Shown here: in pieces, positions 34,748 to 46,574 of the stretch
Position numbering within the stretch: the first letter of the stretch is position 1
How the letters are laid out: the number at the start of each line of letters is the position of its first letter
Source of the DNA: Neophaeotheca triangularis
Lineage: Eukaryota
NCBI GenBank assembly: GCA_054600435.1
Contig: BAAIJX010000036.1
Span: 62,001-126,000 of the forward strand
DNA: 64,000 bases
Direction: 5' to 3'
Position numbers and translations under genes: made by a program
Notes under the pieces: generated by a model
Told to the model about the DNA's origin: nothing
Database searches by the model: none
Seen by the model: only the letters and a program-made list of their open reading frames with translations

Positions 34748-37700
34748 ATGGCTCCTTCGCCAGCAGCCGGCAAGCAGCAGAGTGGGACTCCTAGCACACC
34801 CACCAAGCTCCAAAGAAAGCCACAACAAACTCCCAGCAAGCCCCAGCAGCAGGCACAGCAGACACCCAAGAAGCTCGGGTCTGCATCGAAGTCTCAAACC
34901 CCTTCATCCGCCAAAAACGTAGGTTATCCGATAACTTGGCACAGCTCGACATTTATTAATCCCGCAATTCAGCAAGCTAGCAATGTAGGCGGTCAAGCTC
35001 AGCAGACTCCCCAGAGCGCCAAAGGTAAAGCGCAGGAGTCAGCGGAGGGTGCCAAAGGTCAGGCGCAGGGCGCCGCCGAGGGCGCTCAGAGCCAGGCCCA
35101 AGGTGCCAAGGACCAGGCCCAAGGTGCCGCAGAAGGCGCCAAAGACCAGGCGCAAGGCCAAACTGAGGCCAAGGAGGAGAGCGAAGATGATGGCCCCATG
35201 AGCAAGGTCAGCCAAGCCGGTGAGCAGGGCAAGCAAGGCCTTGAGGAGCAGGCTCCTCAGCCCGTCGACGACGACGCCGAAGACACCGTCGAAGGTGCGA
35301 AGGATGAGGGCGAAGAAGCGGCCGATGAAGCTGGCCAACAGGCCGACGACGCAACAGAAAAGGCCGGCGACGTCGGCGAGTCCGCTGACGACGCAACCGA
35401 CGATCAAGACCAGCAACAAGACCAGCAACAGCAACAAGGCAGCGGCCTTCTCAGCGGCGCCAAGGGCCTTGCTGGCAAAGCCTCCGGTCTCGCCGGCAAA
35501 GCTGCACAGGACCCTAAGCAAGCTGCTCAGGATGCACCTGGCGATGTCAAGGAAGGCGCCGAGGAGACTGCTCAAAACGCCCAAGACACCGCCGAAGAGG
35601 GCGCTGACGAAGCCCAGAAGGTTGCCGGAGAAACTACCGACGAGGCCGGTGACGCAGCCGAGTCCGCGCAAGACACCGCCGAGGATGCTGCTGACGGCGC
35701 GAAAGACACCGCCGAAGGCGCTGCCGATCAAGCTCAGGACGCCGCTCAGGATGGTGCCGATCAGGCTCAGGACACTGCTCAGGAAGGTGCCGACCAAGTT
35801 GAGGAGGGCGCTGAAGGAGCAGCTGACCAGGCTGGTCAGACTGCCCAGCCTGAAGGCCTGCCACTTGATCTCTCCGTCCTCAAAGGACTCGAGGTTCAAG
35901 AAGACGGCATGGTCAACGATCAAGAAGGCAACCCCCTCGGGAAGCTCGCTGAGGGTGATGCCGAGGATCTGCAAGGCTACCCCATTGGCGACGATGGAGA
36001 AATCCTCGACGACGATGGCGACCTTGTCGGTCGTGTTGAGCTTCTGCCTGACCAGATCAAGAAGCAGCTCAATGAAGCCAAGCAGCAGGGCGTCGAACTG
36101 CCCGAGGGCGCTGACGAATACCTTGACCAGCTTGATGGTATCGATGAGGAAGGCGAGGGCGAGGGCGAGGATGACGAAGAAGGCGAGGAAGACGGTACTC
36201 AGCTTCCCGGCCTCGACATCATGAACGGCCTCACCTGCCAGATCGATGGCTTGATCTACGACGACGAGGGCAACACCATCGGCAGGGTCACTGACGGTGA
36301 TCCATCTGAACTGCAGAACGCCACCCTCAACGACCAAGGAGAATTCGTCGACGAGGACGGCAACGTTGTAGGCCACGCCGACATCCACCCAGACGCCGCG
36401 GACCTCGTCGAGCAAGGCGTTTACGACGCTGCCGGCACCGCAGAGGACGCCGAGGAAGGTGCTGAGGATGCCCAAGACCAAATTAACGGCGTCGCCGATC
36501 AAGCACAAGAAGACGGCGAGGAAGCCGCCGAGGGCGCCCAAGACCAAGCCGAGGGCGCTCAAGACCAAGCCGAGGGTATTGAAGACGAACTTCCAGGCAT
36601 CGAGGCTCTACAAGGCAAGGAGCTCAACGAGGCCGGTGAGATTGTCGACTCTGAAGGCAACGTCCTTGGCAACATTGAAGACGAAGACCTCAAGAAGAAG
36701 ATCGAGAGCGGTGAAATCGACCCCAACGACCTCGAAATCAACGAGGACGGCCAGGTCGTCGACCAGGACGGAAACGTTCTCGGTGGCGACGTCGAGCTCG
36801 TCGAAGGCGCCGCCGAGAAGCTCGCCAAGCTCGCCCCCCAGTACGACCTCCGCATCCTCGAAGGCCGCAAGGTCAACAAGAAGGGCAAGGTCCTCGACGA
36901 CGATGGCGAGGAGATTGGCCAACTCAAAGACGGCGAGATCAAGGACTGCCAGGGCAAGAAGATCAACGACAAGGGCGAGGTCCTCGACAAGGAGGGCAAT
37001 GTGGTTGGCTCCGTCGGCATCACCGACGGTGAGGCTGCGCAGGAGGCTACCAAGTCGCTGTTGGAAGAGCTTGGAGAGCTGGAACCTCAAGAGCAAGTAC
37101 CGGATGTCGCCATCCTCGAGGGATACAAGGTCAACAAGAAGGGTGCTATTCTCAACGAGGACGGCGAGCAGATTGGAGAGCTCTCTGACGGTGAGCTCTC
37201 TGACTGTGCTGGCAAGAAGGTCAATGAGAAGGGCGAGATCTTGGACAAGAACGGCGAAGTTATCGGCCATGTTCGCGCCCTGCCCCAGAACCCCGAGGAT
37301 ATCCCCGAGGAGTTCCAGCAACAAGAGGAAGGTGAAGGTGAAGGTGAAGGCGAGGGCGAGGGTGAAGAGGGCGAAGAGGGCGAAGATGAAGGCCAAGACT
37401 TGCCACCGCTCTCTGTCCTCGATGGTCTCTCCTGCAACAAGGCTGGCAAGCTTCTCGACTCCAACGGCACTGTCGTTGGTGAGCTCGTTGAGGGTGACGC
37501 TAAGAAGCTGTCCAAGTCTGGCATCACCGCCGATGATCAGGGACAATTCTGGGACAACAAGGGTCACGTCATCGGTCGCGCTCAGACCGTGCCTGTCGAG
37601 GAAGGCGACGAGGAGCCTACGTTCGCTGGTCTCGAGGGCTTGGTCGTCGTCAACGGTGGCTACGTTCAGGATGAGAACGGCAACACCGTTGGTGTCGTGA

Positions 37701-40000
37701 CCGAGGGCGATGCTAAGAAGCTCGTTGGCCGTGCCGTCGACGAGGACGGCGACATCATCGACAAGCGTGGCTCCGTTGTTGGCCACGCCGAGCGCTACGA
37801 AGAAGAAGAGCCGGAAGAGGAGCAAGAGCCTGAGGCTGCCGACATGTCCTTCTTGGAGGGCAGGGAGGTCAACAAGGCCGGTATGGTCATTGGCGACAAG
37901 GGCGTGCCTGTGGCTCGTTTGGTTGAGGGCAACGCTAAGCAGCTTGCTGGCAAGACCCTCGACGATCAAGGTCAGATCTGGGGCGAAAAGGGACAAGTCA
38001 TTGGCCGCGTCGAGCTCATTCCGGACGAGGAGCAAGAGGCTGGTGCTGAAGGTCCTTTCGCTGGTCTCGAGGGCCTGAGGGTCATTGAGGGCGGCAAGAT
38101 TGGCGACGAGAACGGAAACGTTGTCGGCGAGATCGTCGAAGGCAACCCCAAGCGCCTCATCGGTCTCACCGTTGACGAAGACGGTGATATTGTCGACAAG
38201 TACGGCAACGTCAAGGGTCACGCCGACCCGCTGCCCGAAGAGGAAGAGGAGCAGCCCGTAGACAACAGCGAACTCAACGGTAGACCCCTCAACAAGCAGG
38301 GTCTCGTCAACGACGACAACGGCCTGCCTATTGGCAGACTTGTCGAAGGTGACGCCGGCGAGCTCGTCGGACGTAAGTGCGACGAGAACGGCTACCTCTA
38401 CAACGACACCGGAAAGGTTGTTGGTCGCTGCGAGGTCATCCCTCAAGACCAGCGAGTCAACAAGCCTGAAGGTCCCTTCGCCGGTCTCGAAGGCCTTCGT
38501 GTTACCAAGGAGGGCTACGTCGAGGACGAAAACGGCAACACCGTCGGTCAAATCGTCGAGGGCAACGTCAAGCGCCTGGTCGGTATGAGCGTCGACGCTG
38601 ATGGCGACATCTACGACAAGTACGGCAACGTCAAGGGACACGCCGAGCCTTACGAGGAAGAAGAGGAGCAGGAGGCCGACCTCTCTGCCCTTGCTGGTTG
38701 CACCATTAACAAGGCTGGCAAGGCTGTTGACAACAGCGGTGCCGTCATCGGTCAACTGACCGAGGGTGACCCTTCGACTATGATCGGCAAGAAGGTCGAT
38801 GGCCAAGGTCAAGTCTGGGACAACGCTGGCAACGTCGTCGGGCGCTGCGAGCTTGTCTACGGCCAGAATGAAGGCCCAGAGGGACCTTTCGCCGGCTTCG
38901 AAGGCCTTCAGATCAACAAGGATGAGACTGTCACCACGCCCAACGGCGATATCATCGGTCGCATCACTGAGGGTGACGTTCAGAAGCTTCTCGGCCACAC
39001 CGTTGACGAGGATGGAGACATTGTCGACAAGAACGGCAACACCATCGGTAAGGCCGAGCGCTGGCAACCCGAGGAGAAGGAGCGCCGCGTCAACCCTATG
39101 TCTGGCTCCCGCATCAACAAGGAGGGTGAGGTCCGCGACGAGAACGGTGACCTTATCGGTCGTCTCACCGACGGCAACCTTGGTCACTGTGTCGGCATGG
39201 AGATTGACGACAACGGAAACGTTGTCGACCAAGACGGCAACAAGATTGGCGAGGCCACCCTGCTCGAGAACATCGAGGACGACTACGAGGGCCCGACCCA
39301 AGAAGAGCTTGACGAGGCCGCCAAGCGTGAGGAGGAGCGCGAAATCGCCGACAAGATGAACGGCATCTGCTCGCAAACTCTGGAGCGCATGCAGCCCATT
39401 TGCAAGCAGATCACCGAGCACATCGAGAAGGCCGATCGCACGCCCAAGGAGGAGCTGGACGAGGAAGAGCTCGTCAACCAAGTCAAGCCCCTCATCGAGG
39501 AGGGCAGCCGCATCCTGCAGGAGTGCAACGGCAGCCTTCGCGGCCTCGACCCCGACGGCAAGATCGCGGCGCAAGCCAAGGGTCGCTCCGGCACCAACGA
39601 GGCCACCCCCGAGGAATACCGCCTCGCGGAGAACCTCAAGGAGCTGACCACGACGGTCGTGACCACCATCGACAACGCCAAGAAGAAGCTCAACGACATG
39701 CCGCACGCGAAGAAGAAGCTGAACCCCCTGTGGGGTCTGCTCACCCAGCCGCTCTTCCAGATCATCGCCGCCGTTGGCTTGCTGCTGGCTGGTGTGCTTG
39801 GTCTCGTTGGGCAGCTGCTCAACGGCTTGGGTCTCGGTGGGCTTGTTAACGGCCTGCTCGGTGGCTTGGGCATTGACAAGCTCTTCGGTGCTATCGGCTT
39901 GGGTGGAGGTGACGACAAGAAGAAGGGCAAGTCCGGTGGTGGTGGTGGTGGTGGCATGAGCAACCTGCCCATCGTGGGTGGTCTGCTTGGCGGGAAGTAA
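34748..40000 (+). CDS. Large acidic LEA-like / DUF3659 repeat protein with a C-terminal helical and Gly-Leu hydrophobic domain
   Basis: ATG 34748 (MAPSPAAGK); probable in-frame intron 34919..34972 (gtaggt..cag); many L.GL.V...G.V.D..G..VG.LVEG repeats; strong codon bias. Confidence 0.88.
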   Translation: MAPSPAAGKQQSGTPSTPTKLQRKPQQTPSKPQQQAQQTPKKLGSASKSQTPSSAKNVGYPITWHSSTFINPAIQQASNVGGQAQQTPQSAKGKAQESAEGAKGQAQGAAEGAQSQAQGAKDQAQGAAEGAKDQAQGQTEAKEESEDDGPMSKVSQAGEQGKQGLEEQAPQPVDDDAEDTVEGAKDEGEEAADEAGQQADDATEKAGDVGESADDATDDQDQQQDQQQQQGSGLLSGAKGLAGKASGLAGKAAQDPKQAAQDAPGDVKEGAEETAQNAQDTAEEGADEAQKVAGETTDEAGDAAESAQDTAEDAADGAKDTAEGAADQAQDAAQDGADQAQDTAQEGADQVEEGAEGAADQAGQTAQPEGLPLDLSVLKGLEVQEDGMVNDQEGNPLGKLAEGDAEDLQGYPIGDDGEILDDDGDLVGRVELLPDQIKKQLNEAKQQGVELPEGADEYLDQLDGIDEEGEGEGEDDEEGEEDGTQLPGLDIMNGLTCQIDGLIYDDEGNTIGRVTDGDPSELQNATLNDQGEFVDEDGNVVGHADIHPDAADLVEQGVYDAAGTAEDAEEGAEDAQDQINGVADQAQEDGEEAAEGAQDQAEGAQDQAEGIEDELPGIEALQGKELNEAGEIVDSEGNVLGNIEDEDLKKKIESGEIDPNDLEINEDGQVVDQDGNVLGGDVELVEGAAEKLAKLAPQYDLRILEGRKVNKKGKVLDDDGEEIGQLKDGEIKDCQGKKINDKGEVLDKEGNVVGSVGITDGEAAQEATKSLLEELGELEPQEQVPDVAILEGYKVNKKGAILNEDGEQIGELSDGELSDCAGKKVNEKGEILDKNGEVIGHVRALPQNPEDIPEEFQQQEEGEGEGEGEGEGEEGEEGEDEGQDLPPLSVLDGLSCNKAGKLLDSNGTVVGELVEGDAKKLSKSGITADDQGQFWDNKGHVIGRAQTVPVEEGDEEPTFAGLEGLVVVNGGYVQDENGNTVGVVTEGDAKKLVGRAVDEDGDIIDKRGSVVGHAERYEEEEPEEEQEPEAADMSFLEGREVNKAGMVIGDKGVPVARLVEGNAKQLAGKTLDDQGQIWGEKGQVIGRVELIPDEEQEAGAEGPFAGLEGLRVIEGGKIGDENGNVVGEIVEGNPKRLIGLTVDEDGDIVDKYGNVKGHADPLPEEEEEQPVDNSELNGRPLNKQGLVNDDNGLPIGRLVEGDAGELVGRKCDENGYLYNDTGKVVGRCEVIPQDQRVNKPEGPFAGLEGLRVTKEGYVEDENGNTVGQIVEGNVKRLVGMSVDADGDIYDKYGNVKGHAEPYEEEEEQEADLSALAGCTINKAGKAVDNSGAVIGQLTEGDPSTMIGKKVDGQGQVWDNAGNVVGRCELVYGQNEGPEGPFAGFEGLQINKDETVTTPNGDIIGRITEGDVQKLLGHTVDEDGDIVDKNGNTIGKAERWQPEEKERRVNPMSGSRINKEGEVRDENGDLIGRLTDGNLGHCVGMEIDDNGNVVDQDGNKIGEATLLENIEDDYEGPTQEELDEAAKREEEREIADKMNGICSQTLERMQPICKQITEHIEKADRTPKEELDEEELVNQVKPLIEEGSRILQECNGSLRGLDPDGKIAAQAKGRSGTNEATPEEYRLAENLKELTTTVVTTIDNAKKKLNDMPHAKKKLNPLWGLLTQPLFQIIAAVGLLLAGVLGLVGQLLNGLGLGGLVNGLLGGLGIDKLFGAIGLGGGDDKKKGKSGGGGGGGMSNLPIVGGLLGGK

Positions 40001-40574
40001 GGTATAGCGTAGCGTGCCTTGCTCGCCTGGATATGTGGATTCAGTTTTTGTCTTGTTTTGGAAAAGCAGGCCGGCGCTGGGTTTGATGTTTTGCCATGAA
40101 CGTGTGATGGATTCGCAGGATGTAATGATTTGAGCGTGTTTTTATCTGCAGTGTTTTTCCCTCTAGTGTACAGTAGTATCTAGGATATTAATCTCTGTTA
40201 CGTTCAACAAAGTCTATCAACCAATGCGCGTAGGAAAGCTAGAAGTGAATCCGTTTGAGTCGGCCTGCTTATTGAAAACTTAACTCGACTCTCGACAAAA
40301 TCTGGGCATAGAAGTGACTTAGGGCAATATCGATGAGGTGCAATTTGAACTTTGCAGTCTTTGCCTAATTGCCATTTGATATCGAGCTAGGCCTTTGTTT
40401 GGCTTCATACTGTCTAAGGACCACTCTGATATGGCTGAGAAGGCAGCCCATCCAGAGGCAACAAGACCACCGTCTCAGTGCCAGACGTCACGCCGCCGCT
40501 TTGCACATAATCTGAATGGCTTTCGCTTGAGTTGTCCAGCCTCATAACTCATTACTCTACCAGCACGCATCTAT

Positions 40575-41741
40575 TCAAACCTTCTTCCCTAACCTAATCA
40601 TTTCGTCGACCTTCATCGGCAGCACCAAGGCCGCGCGATCATTACGCTTGAAGAACTCCCCAACAACGTCGGCAACCTTTGCCGCAGCATCCTCCTGCAC
40701 AAAATGGCCCGCCTCCGGCACAACCACGAGTTGGAACTTCCCCTGCATCTGTCCAACCATCAGCTCCTTGTCTAGACGATCCGTACCGGCGAGAATGAGC
40801 AGTTTGGCGCCCCGGCCCTGCAGGAAACGCGACGACATGCCCGTGAACCAGTCTTGCCACCAAGGAGCCGTGGACTGGAGGTCTGTTTTCCAGACATGGG
40901 CGTCTGAGGTCGAGGACGGGGAAAGTAGAGGCGGCACGGAGACGGCGGCGGATTCGTGAGACCGCAGGGTCCGGCTGCGCAAGTGCCACGTCACTGCTGC
41001 TTCCTTGGAGGGGAAAGATGAAGGCCGCGAGGCGAGGTAGGTTTTCATGTGCGCGAGAGCTTCGAGCGCGGAGCCTTCGACTACGTCGAGCACGGCGTAG
41101 CCTATGAAGTTGGGTTGCAGGGCTTGGTGGTTGTTGGTCGCGAGATTCGTCACGATGGCGCCGCCCAGGGAATGGCCTACTAGTACCGTGGGTGGGAGGC
41201 TGGGCCAATTGAGGGTTTTCGAGGTCATTTGGATCATGGCGATGGCATCAGCTGTGAGCGTTGCAATGGAGTAGTCGGTTATTTCTTCGTTGGTGGTTGG
41301 GTCTGTGACGACAGAGCCGTGGCCGCGCGCTTCGAGGCTGAGAACGCCGGCTTCGGGCAGTCTTTGGCGAATCTCGTTTGCGAATAGGGCAAACGAGAGA
41401 CCGGATGCGCCTGCACCGTGATGGCAGATGAATAGCGGCGAATTTGCAAGATTGGAGGGGGGTGTTAGGTAGACATGATAGCGGGCCTTTTGCGACTCCG
41501 AAGAGGTTTCTAAATAGAGTTCTTGAGAGAAGTAGTTGGTCCAATGGTGTTCGTCTGCTTGCTGCTCCCTACTACTGGGCCGTACCGTGTTGGCTGATGC
41601 TGCTGAGGATGCTGAGGAGTCTGACGAGTAGGAGTTATCGTCAGATTCTTGGATCGATGAGATAGGACTTGGTCGGGGTCTTGGTGGTGGAGGAGGCTCG
41701 CTGTTCTCCGACCCTACTGATCTTCTCAAAAGGTCCGACAT
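40575..41741 (-). CDS. PPE1: Protein phosphatase (PP2A) methylesterase 1
   Basis: CHHGAGASGLSF, VGHSLGG nucleophile motif, VLDVVEGSA, LAGTDRLDKELMVGQMQGKFQL, GHFVQED. Confidence 0.93.
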   Translation of the reverse strand: MSDLLRRSVGSENSEPPPPPRPRPSPISSIQESDDNSYSSDSSASSAASANTVRPSSREQQADEHHWTNYFSQELYLETSSESQKARYHVYLTPPSNLANSPLFICHHGAGASGLSFALFANEIRQRLPEAGVLSLEARGHGSVVTDPTTNEEITDYSIATLTADAIAMIQMTSKTLNWPSLPPTVLVGHSLGGAIVTNLATNNHQALQPNFIGYAVLDVVEGSALEALAHMKTYLASRPSSFPSKEAAVTWHLRSRTLRSHESAAVSVPPLLSPSSTSDAHVWKTDLQSTAPWWQDWFTGMSSRFLQGRGAKLLILAGTDRLDKELMVGQMQGKFQLVVVPEAGHFVQEDAAAKVADVVGEFFKRNDRAALVLPMKVDEMIRLGKKV

Positions 41742-42759
41742 GTCGTCGATGTTGGGTGGTCCACTTTCAAGTAGTTGAGATACCCAATGGGAAGTCGTGA
41801 CTTGGCCCGATTAAAGACAGGTTCACAGATGGCAGCGACTTTTGACAGGAGGTTGATTGGTTGGCGTGATAAATCGATCCGTTTCGTGGATGTTTACGAG
41901 ACAAAAAGCAAGTCGCTAAAAGTTTTGTCTCTTGGCTACCAGGCGCATATGTCAATGTCAAGAAGCAACTTGAGAAAGAATGTCAATTGGGTTCTGGAAG
42001 GAGCGTGGACGAGGTGAAGTTGGACAGTAATGCCTCAGGCCAGCATACCTTCTCTCGTGGGGCTGTCTGTCTACACACACACCAAGGACCAAACAACATC
42101 AGCCACTTGCCGCAACATAGTAAACTGCATCCCTTCCGATATTGCTACCTACCTAACCACCGCACTGCAAGCAAAAATGTATAGAGCTGACGTTTAGAGC
42201 CATGAGAAACAGGAAAAAACCGACACCAGCGTCTCTCACCCGGAATCGGAGTGAAGCAGTGGCACAGTACTTATAGGCAACGTAGCCCCCCCTCCGCCGG
42301 GTTCGCAACAGGGCATGGCGAGGATCCTACTCTACTGGTCTACAGCGTAAGCCAAGAAAGACTTGCATCTATCACGAGAGCTGCCGGGCGTAATGTACGG
42401 CGCTGTGAAGCTATAGTGGGCGCTCGCCAGGTACAGTAGCACGGTGCAGGTAGGCTGCTAGCTGACAACCGAGTAGGACGGGGCAACTCTTCCCCCCCTT
42501 TTCCAACCACGGCACTGTCTTCATCTATAAAAACCAAAAGAAAAACCCGGACCGCACTCTCAATTTCCACGAGACGACCTGACTCCGGCACCCTCACCAC
42601 AGCGCCAGAGCAGAGCAACACTCACGCCACCGCCTCCCGATCCACACAAGGCCCTCTCAACAGCTTAAGTCCAGCCAGACCAAGCACAACCGGCAATCCC
42701 CCAACACAAAGATCTCGAGATCCTCCCGGTCGAGCTTCCCGAAAGCCGCGAAACCGCCC

Positions 42760-43060
42760 AATGCCACTACTTCAAAATTGTGTACGCCCTCGCCCTCGAC
42801 CCTCTAGGATTCGTGAGACTCGGCAACGATAGCTTCTTTCGTTCCCTAACAGCCGACCCTCCCGTCGTAGTTGCCGTGGGACTCGAGCCGCGCTTGATCG
42901 AAGCGGAGCTCGATATGAGTGACTACGACGCGGAGAGGGAAAGGCTCTTTCGGGGAGTCGATGGCACGAAAGCGCCCCGAGAGCCTCGGCTCAAGCCCGA
43001 CGACGATGTTCTGCCACCGCCGCTTGATGCGGAGTTGGTTGGGGAAAGCAAACCAATGTT
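42760..43060 (+). pseudogene. Probably degenerate copy of a small conserved ascomycete hypothetical protein
   Basis: DPLGFVRLGNDSFFRSL..VGLEPRLI..RGVDGTKAP..LPPPL resembles a fungal family I recall (GFxHLGxDGVLRS..RGVDG..LPPPL). No in-frame ATG; TATA-like ctataaaa near 42525. Confidence 0.4.
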
Positions 43061-43619
43061 GAAGCAAGCGGGCCCGAGTCTGGATCTCGTTGCCCCCGGA
43101 GAGCAGAAGCCAAGATCTTGTCTAGCGACGGTGATACCGGATCCGAGATCGAAGTCTAGGTTGGCCGTTCCGTGCGGAGCATCCACACGAGGCGAAGTTG
43201 AGACTGGTGCGAGCGCAACTCGCAGTCTACGGGGCGCGCAAAGGTATGTAGCCGACTCGAAAACCCCCTCTTCTCATCACGGGCCATGCGGCAATGCCAC
43301 TCTCTCATGCTCGTCTCATGGAATACCTATGCTACGCCGCGAGCTGGTAGAATCATTATCGTCGTTAGCTCGATTTGCGCGCGTACCGGGTTATACACGA
43401 AATCATGACCCACTCGGGCGTCTGCGCAAAATCGTCCAATTGGGTATTTATCGATGTATCATCCTCCAGTGCGAAAAGTTGCGCCGGCAAACAGCTCAAA
43501 ATCTCTCGAGAAAAGGGTTTTGATGCATAGGTACATTAACCCCGTCTCGGGCGTCTCATTTGCATTAACGACACGAATCTAGCTGTACCTTCACTTGCAA
43601 ACCCTCTTCGCGGAAAACC

Positions 43620-45850
43620 TCAATCATCAAGATACGAAGTATCCTCACAACGCTCCTCATTCGGATCTGCGGCAGAGGGGGAAGATAAAGTCAGCACTAC
43701 AATCCCATCTTTTTGTAACCCGGAAAAAAAAAGAAAAAAAAAGGAGACTCACTGCAAAACCCCTCGGTAACCACTGGCCCAACATCCGCGATCCGATCCA
43801 AAACCTCGACCCTCCTAAACCCATCCCCACACTCCCCAACTTCCAGCGTCCGATTCGCCGCCTCAAGCGTGTAATTAAAACTGTCATTGTTCTCATACAC
43901 GTACTTGTAGTCCAGCACACTCCCCGCGGCGACATCGACAATGGCTTCCCAGATCGGGTAGAAAGGCGTGAACAGCGGGAGGTAGTTTGGGGCCCAGTCG
44001 CCCAGTTGCGGGACGTTGCCTGTAAGGAAGATGTTCTGCCCGAAGTTCGTGGTTGCGTTGACGGAGAAGTGGATTTGGACTGTGCAAGGTCTGTCGTTGG
44101 ATGGGGGAGCGCCGGCGGCGGTTGCGGGAGCGTAGGTGGCGCGGGCGATGGGGGTCGTGGTGCAGGTTTCGTTCGTTCTTTGGGGGTTCGAGGGCAAGGG
44201 CGAGGGCAGCCAGGAGGGGAGGAATTGGCCCGCCCGCCGTTGCGACATGGTTACGAAGGCGGCGTAGGACCAGGTTAGGTCGGTGGCGGAGAGCGGCTCG
44301 CCTGTTGTGCGGTTGAATTGCTCCGACATGGAGCCGTTTGCTGGGGTGAAGTCGCGGGCGATTTCGACGAAGCTGTCGGCGTAAGAGGTAATCGCTGTTA
44401 GGATGTTGTTGAAGTCTGAGGTGGTTTGGGTAGGTTGGCGGCCGTCACTTCCGTATCCATCTCCGTGGCGGTTGGGCGTTCCACAAGAGTTCCCATGATG
44501 TTTCGGCGAGGGGTTTTGCTGTATTTTGCGGCCTTTGGGATAACCCCTGGACTCAGCTCTGTAAGTGCCGATCTCAGCGTCTGGATAGATTTGCTCGAAG
44601 AAAGCAAGCGACGTCTCATCGACGGTAATCTGCCCCTGAACTTCAAACTGAGCCGCCGCATCGTAAAGCACTTCCGCCGCAGCCAGAGTAGTAATATACC
44701 AAGGATTACCCTCATAATACACGTCTTCCGGGTAGCGGCCACAAGCCACGGCAGCGTTGTCGGAATACCTAGCATTAATGGGATAAATGTCGCGGAAGCT
44801 ATCAACCCAAGCCTTGTGGGTGGCCAAGATGCGACTGCTGCAGGGCTGATATAGGTCTGCCTGGCAAGGGGCGTTGACGTCGAAACTGACCATGGCCGAC
44901 AGCATCGCGGCGGCGTCTACATTTGATCGTGCAAGCTCGTTGGGGGTTTCGATGTTGGCTTTGATATGGTTGCCCGTTTCGTTCCAGAAGTTGTTGCTTA
45001 AGAAGCAACGAACATTTGGTGCCTGGGCCTCGCAGTTGTCGCAAGACAGTCCCAACCGTCGGGCCACTTGTGCCCCATCGTAGAGAGCTCGCCACTGCGA
45101 TTGGATGGTGAAGAAGCTCAAACCTGCGACTTCCTCCCACAAGTCATATCCCACATCCGGCCAGTACATGGAGACGCTGTGATCGTCAGTAAACCACACA
45201 CAAGCCCTCCCTCCACCGAGCGACGACAAATCGCAAACTTACTAATTCAAATCATTCAGCACAATAGGCCACACAACCTCCCTAGCCCTCTCCTCGCCAT
45301 CATTGTCAAGCAAAAACTTGATATAATCCATAAGAGCAATCGCCCTCAACGCGGGCCCATCGCGCTGAGGCCGGCCCCAAACACCATTATACCGCGTGAG
45401 ATTAGGCCAGAACTTGACCTCCCCGAGCCCCGTGCCCCAGGGCTCCAGGCCACCGAGAGGAGTATACGCAGCCTGGCGGGTAGCTTCGGCGAAAACGAAA
45501 TCCTCGAGGAAAGTGCCGAGGGCGTCGTCACGGGTTACGAAGAATTCTTCCTCGAGGCAGTGGGCTGTGAGGGCGCTGTCGCGGGTCCAGGAGTAGCGGT
45601 AATCCGGGTTGACGACGCCGGGGCCGGCGAGGACGACGCCGCGGAGGGTGCGGGCGGGATTTGGGCCGATGTTGGCGAGGATGCGGTCGAGGGAGAGGGA
45701 GCGTTGTTGGTCGATGTAGGCGTCGAGGGTGAGGTTCTCTTGCCGGGGGTAGACAGCATTATCGGATGAGTCGGAGAGCGATGAAGCGGACGTGGCGCCG
45801 AGCAGCGCGTTGATGGCAAGGGCCCGCAAAATATTATTGAACATGATCAT
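43620..45850 (-). CDS. Glucoamylase (GH15 + linker + CBM20); 3 exons
   Basis: YSWTRDSAL, WGRPQRDGPALRA, DLWEEV, GRYPEDVYY, MSEQF, DLTWSYAAF; CBM20 TTNFGQNIFLTGNVPQLGDW; introns 45242..45177 and 43752..43667; stop at 43620. Confidence 0.93.
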
Positions 45851-46574
45851 TTCTACTCTTTCCCTTTGAGCGCTCGAGAGTGAATGGTCGCGGGGTCTTC
45901 GAGGGCCGTTTTATATACAACCCGTAAATACCTCAAAGTGGATCTAGGACGCCCCCTCTCATGACGAGAGACCATGCAAGCACCCCGCACATGGCATGGC
46001 ATGGCTAGGCATTACATCTTTCCAAACACTACCTGAGGTGGTACAATGTTCAAAAAGTCAGGAGGTAGAGCGACCGAAGACGACCGGTCTTGGTATTTCT
46101 GCAAGTCTTCCGATCTAGTCTTCGCGAGCTGGCTTTCGTCGAGGAGAGCGAGAGAGGGGCTTACTGTACTACTCCGTGGTATTGCTACAAGTGTCCACTC
46201 TCGCGAACGTCTATATTATTAGAGCGAGTGAGCTAAGTTCGATGTATCACAGCCAGTAGTCGTGTGAGTGAATAACGCGATTGCAGGTGTAGGGTAGGAG
46301 AAAGTTGGACTCAGTACTGCTATTAACTGACGAAACGCACCTTGAGGGGCGATAGCAGCGGAAACAGGACAGAACAGAACAGAACGCTCACAATCAGAAG
46401 CGGGAGGGAGAGGGGAACCCATCATGCAACGCATCCAAGTCTTCCATCCACCCATCCGCATTCTGCCCATCCATGCCCTTACCAACCTCGCCCACCATCA
46501 TCAACCCTCCAATCACCGGCATTAAACAATAAGAAACCCCCACTCCACCCGCAATCCTCTGTCCAGCTCCTCTC

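Noticed and set aside
36608..39706. 1032-aa antisense ORF (also 35039-36568)
   Set aside because: Mirror of the strongly codon-biased DUF3659 gene; the translation is V/L/A/D-rich with no recognisable domain
45890..45990. Two CreA-like SYGGRG hexamers and a TATA-like element upstream of the glucoamylase
   Set aside because: Plausible, but such hexamers occur often by chance in GC-rich DNA
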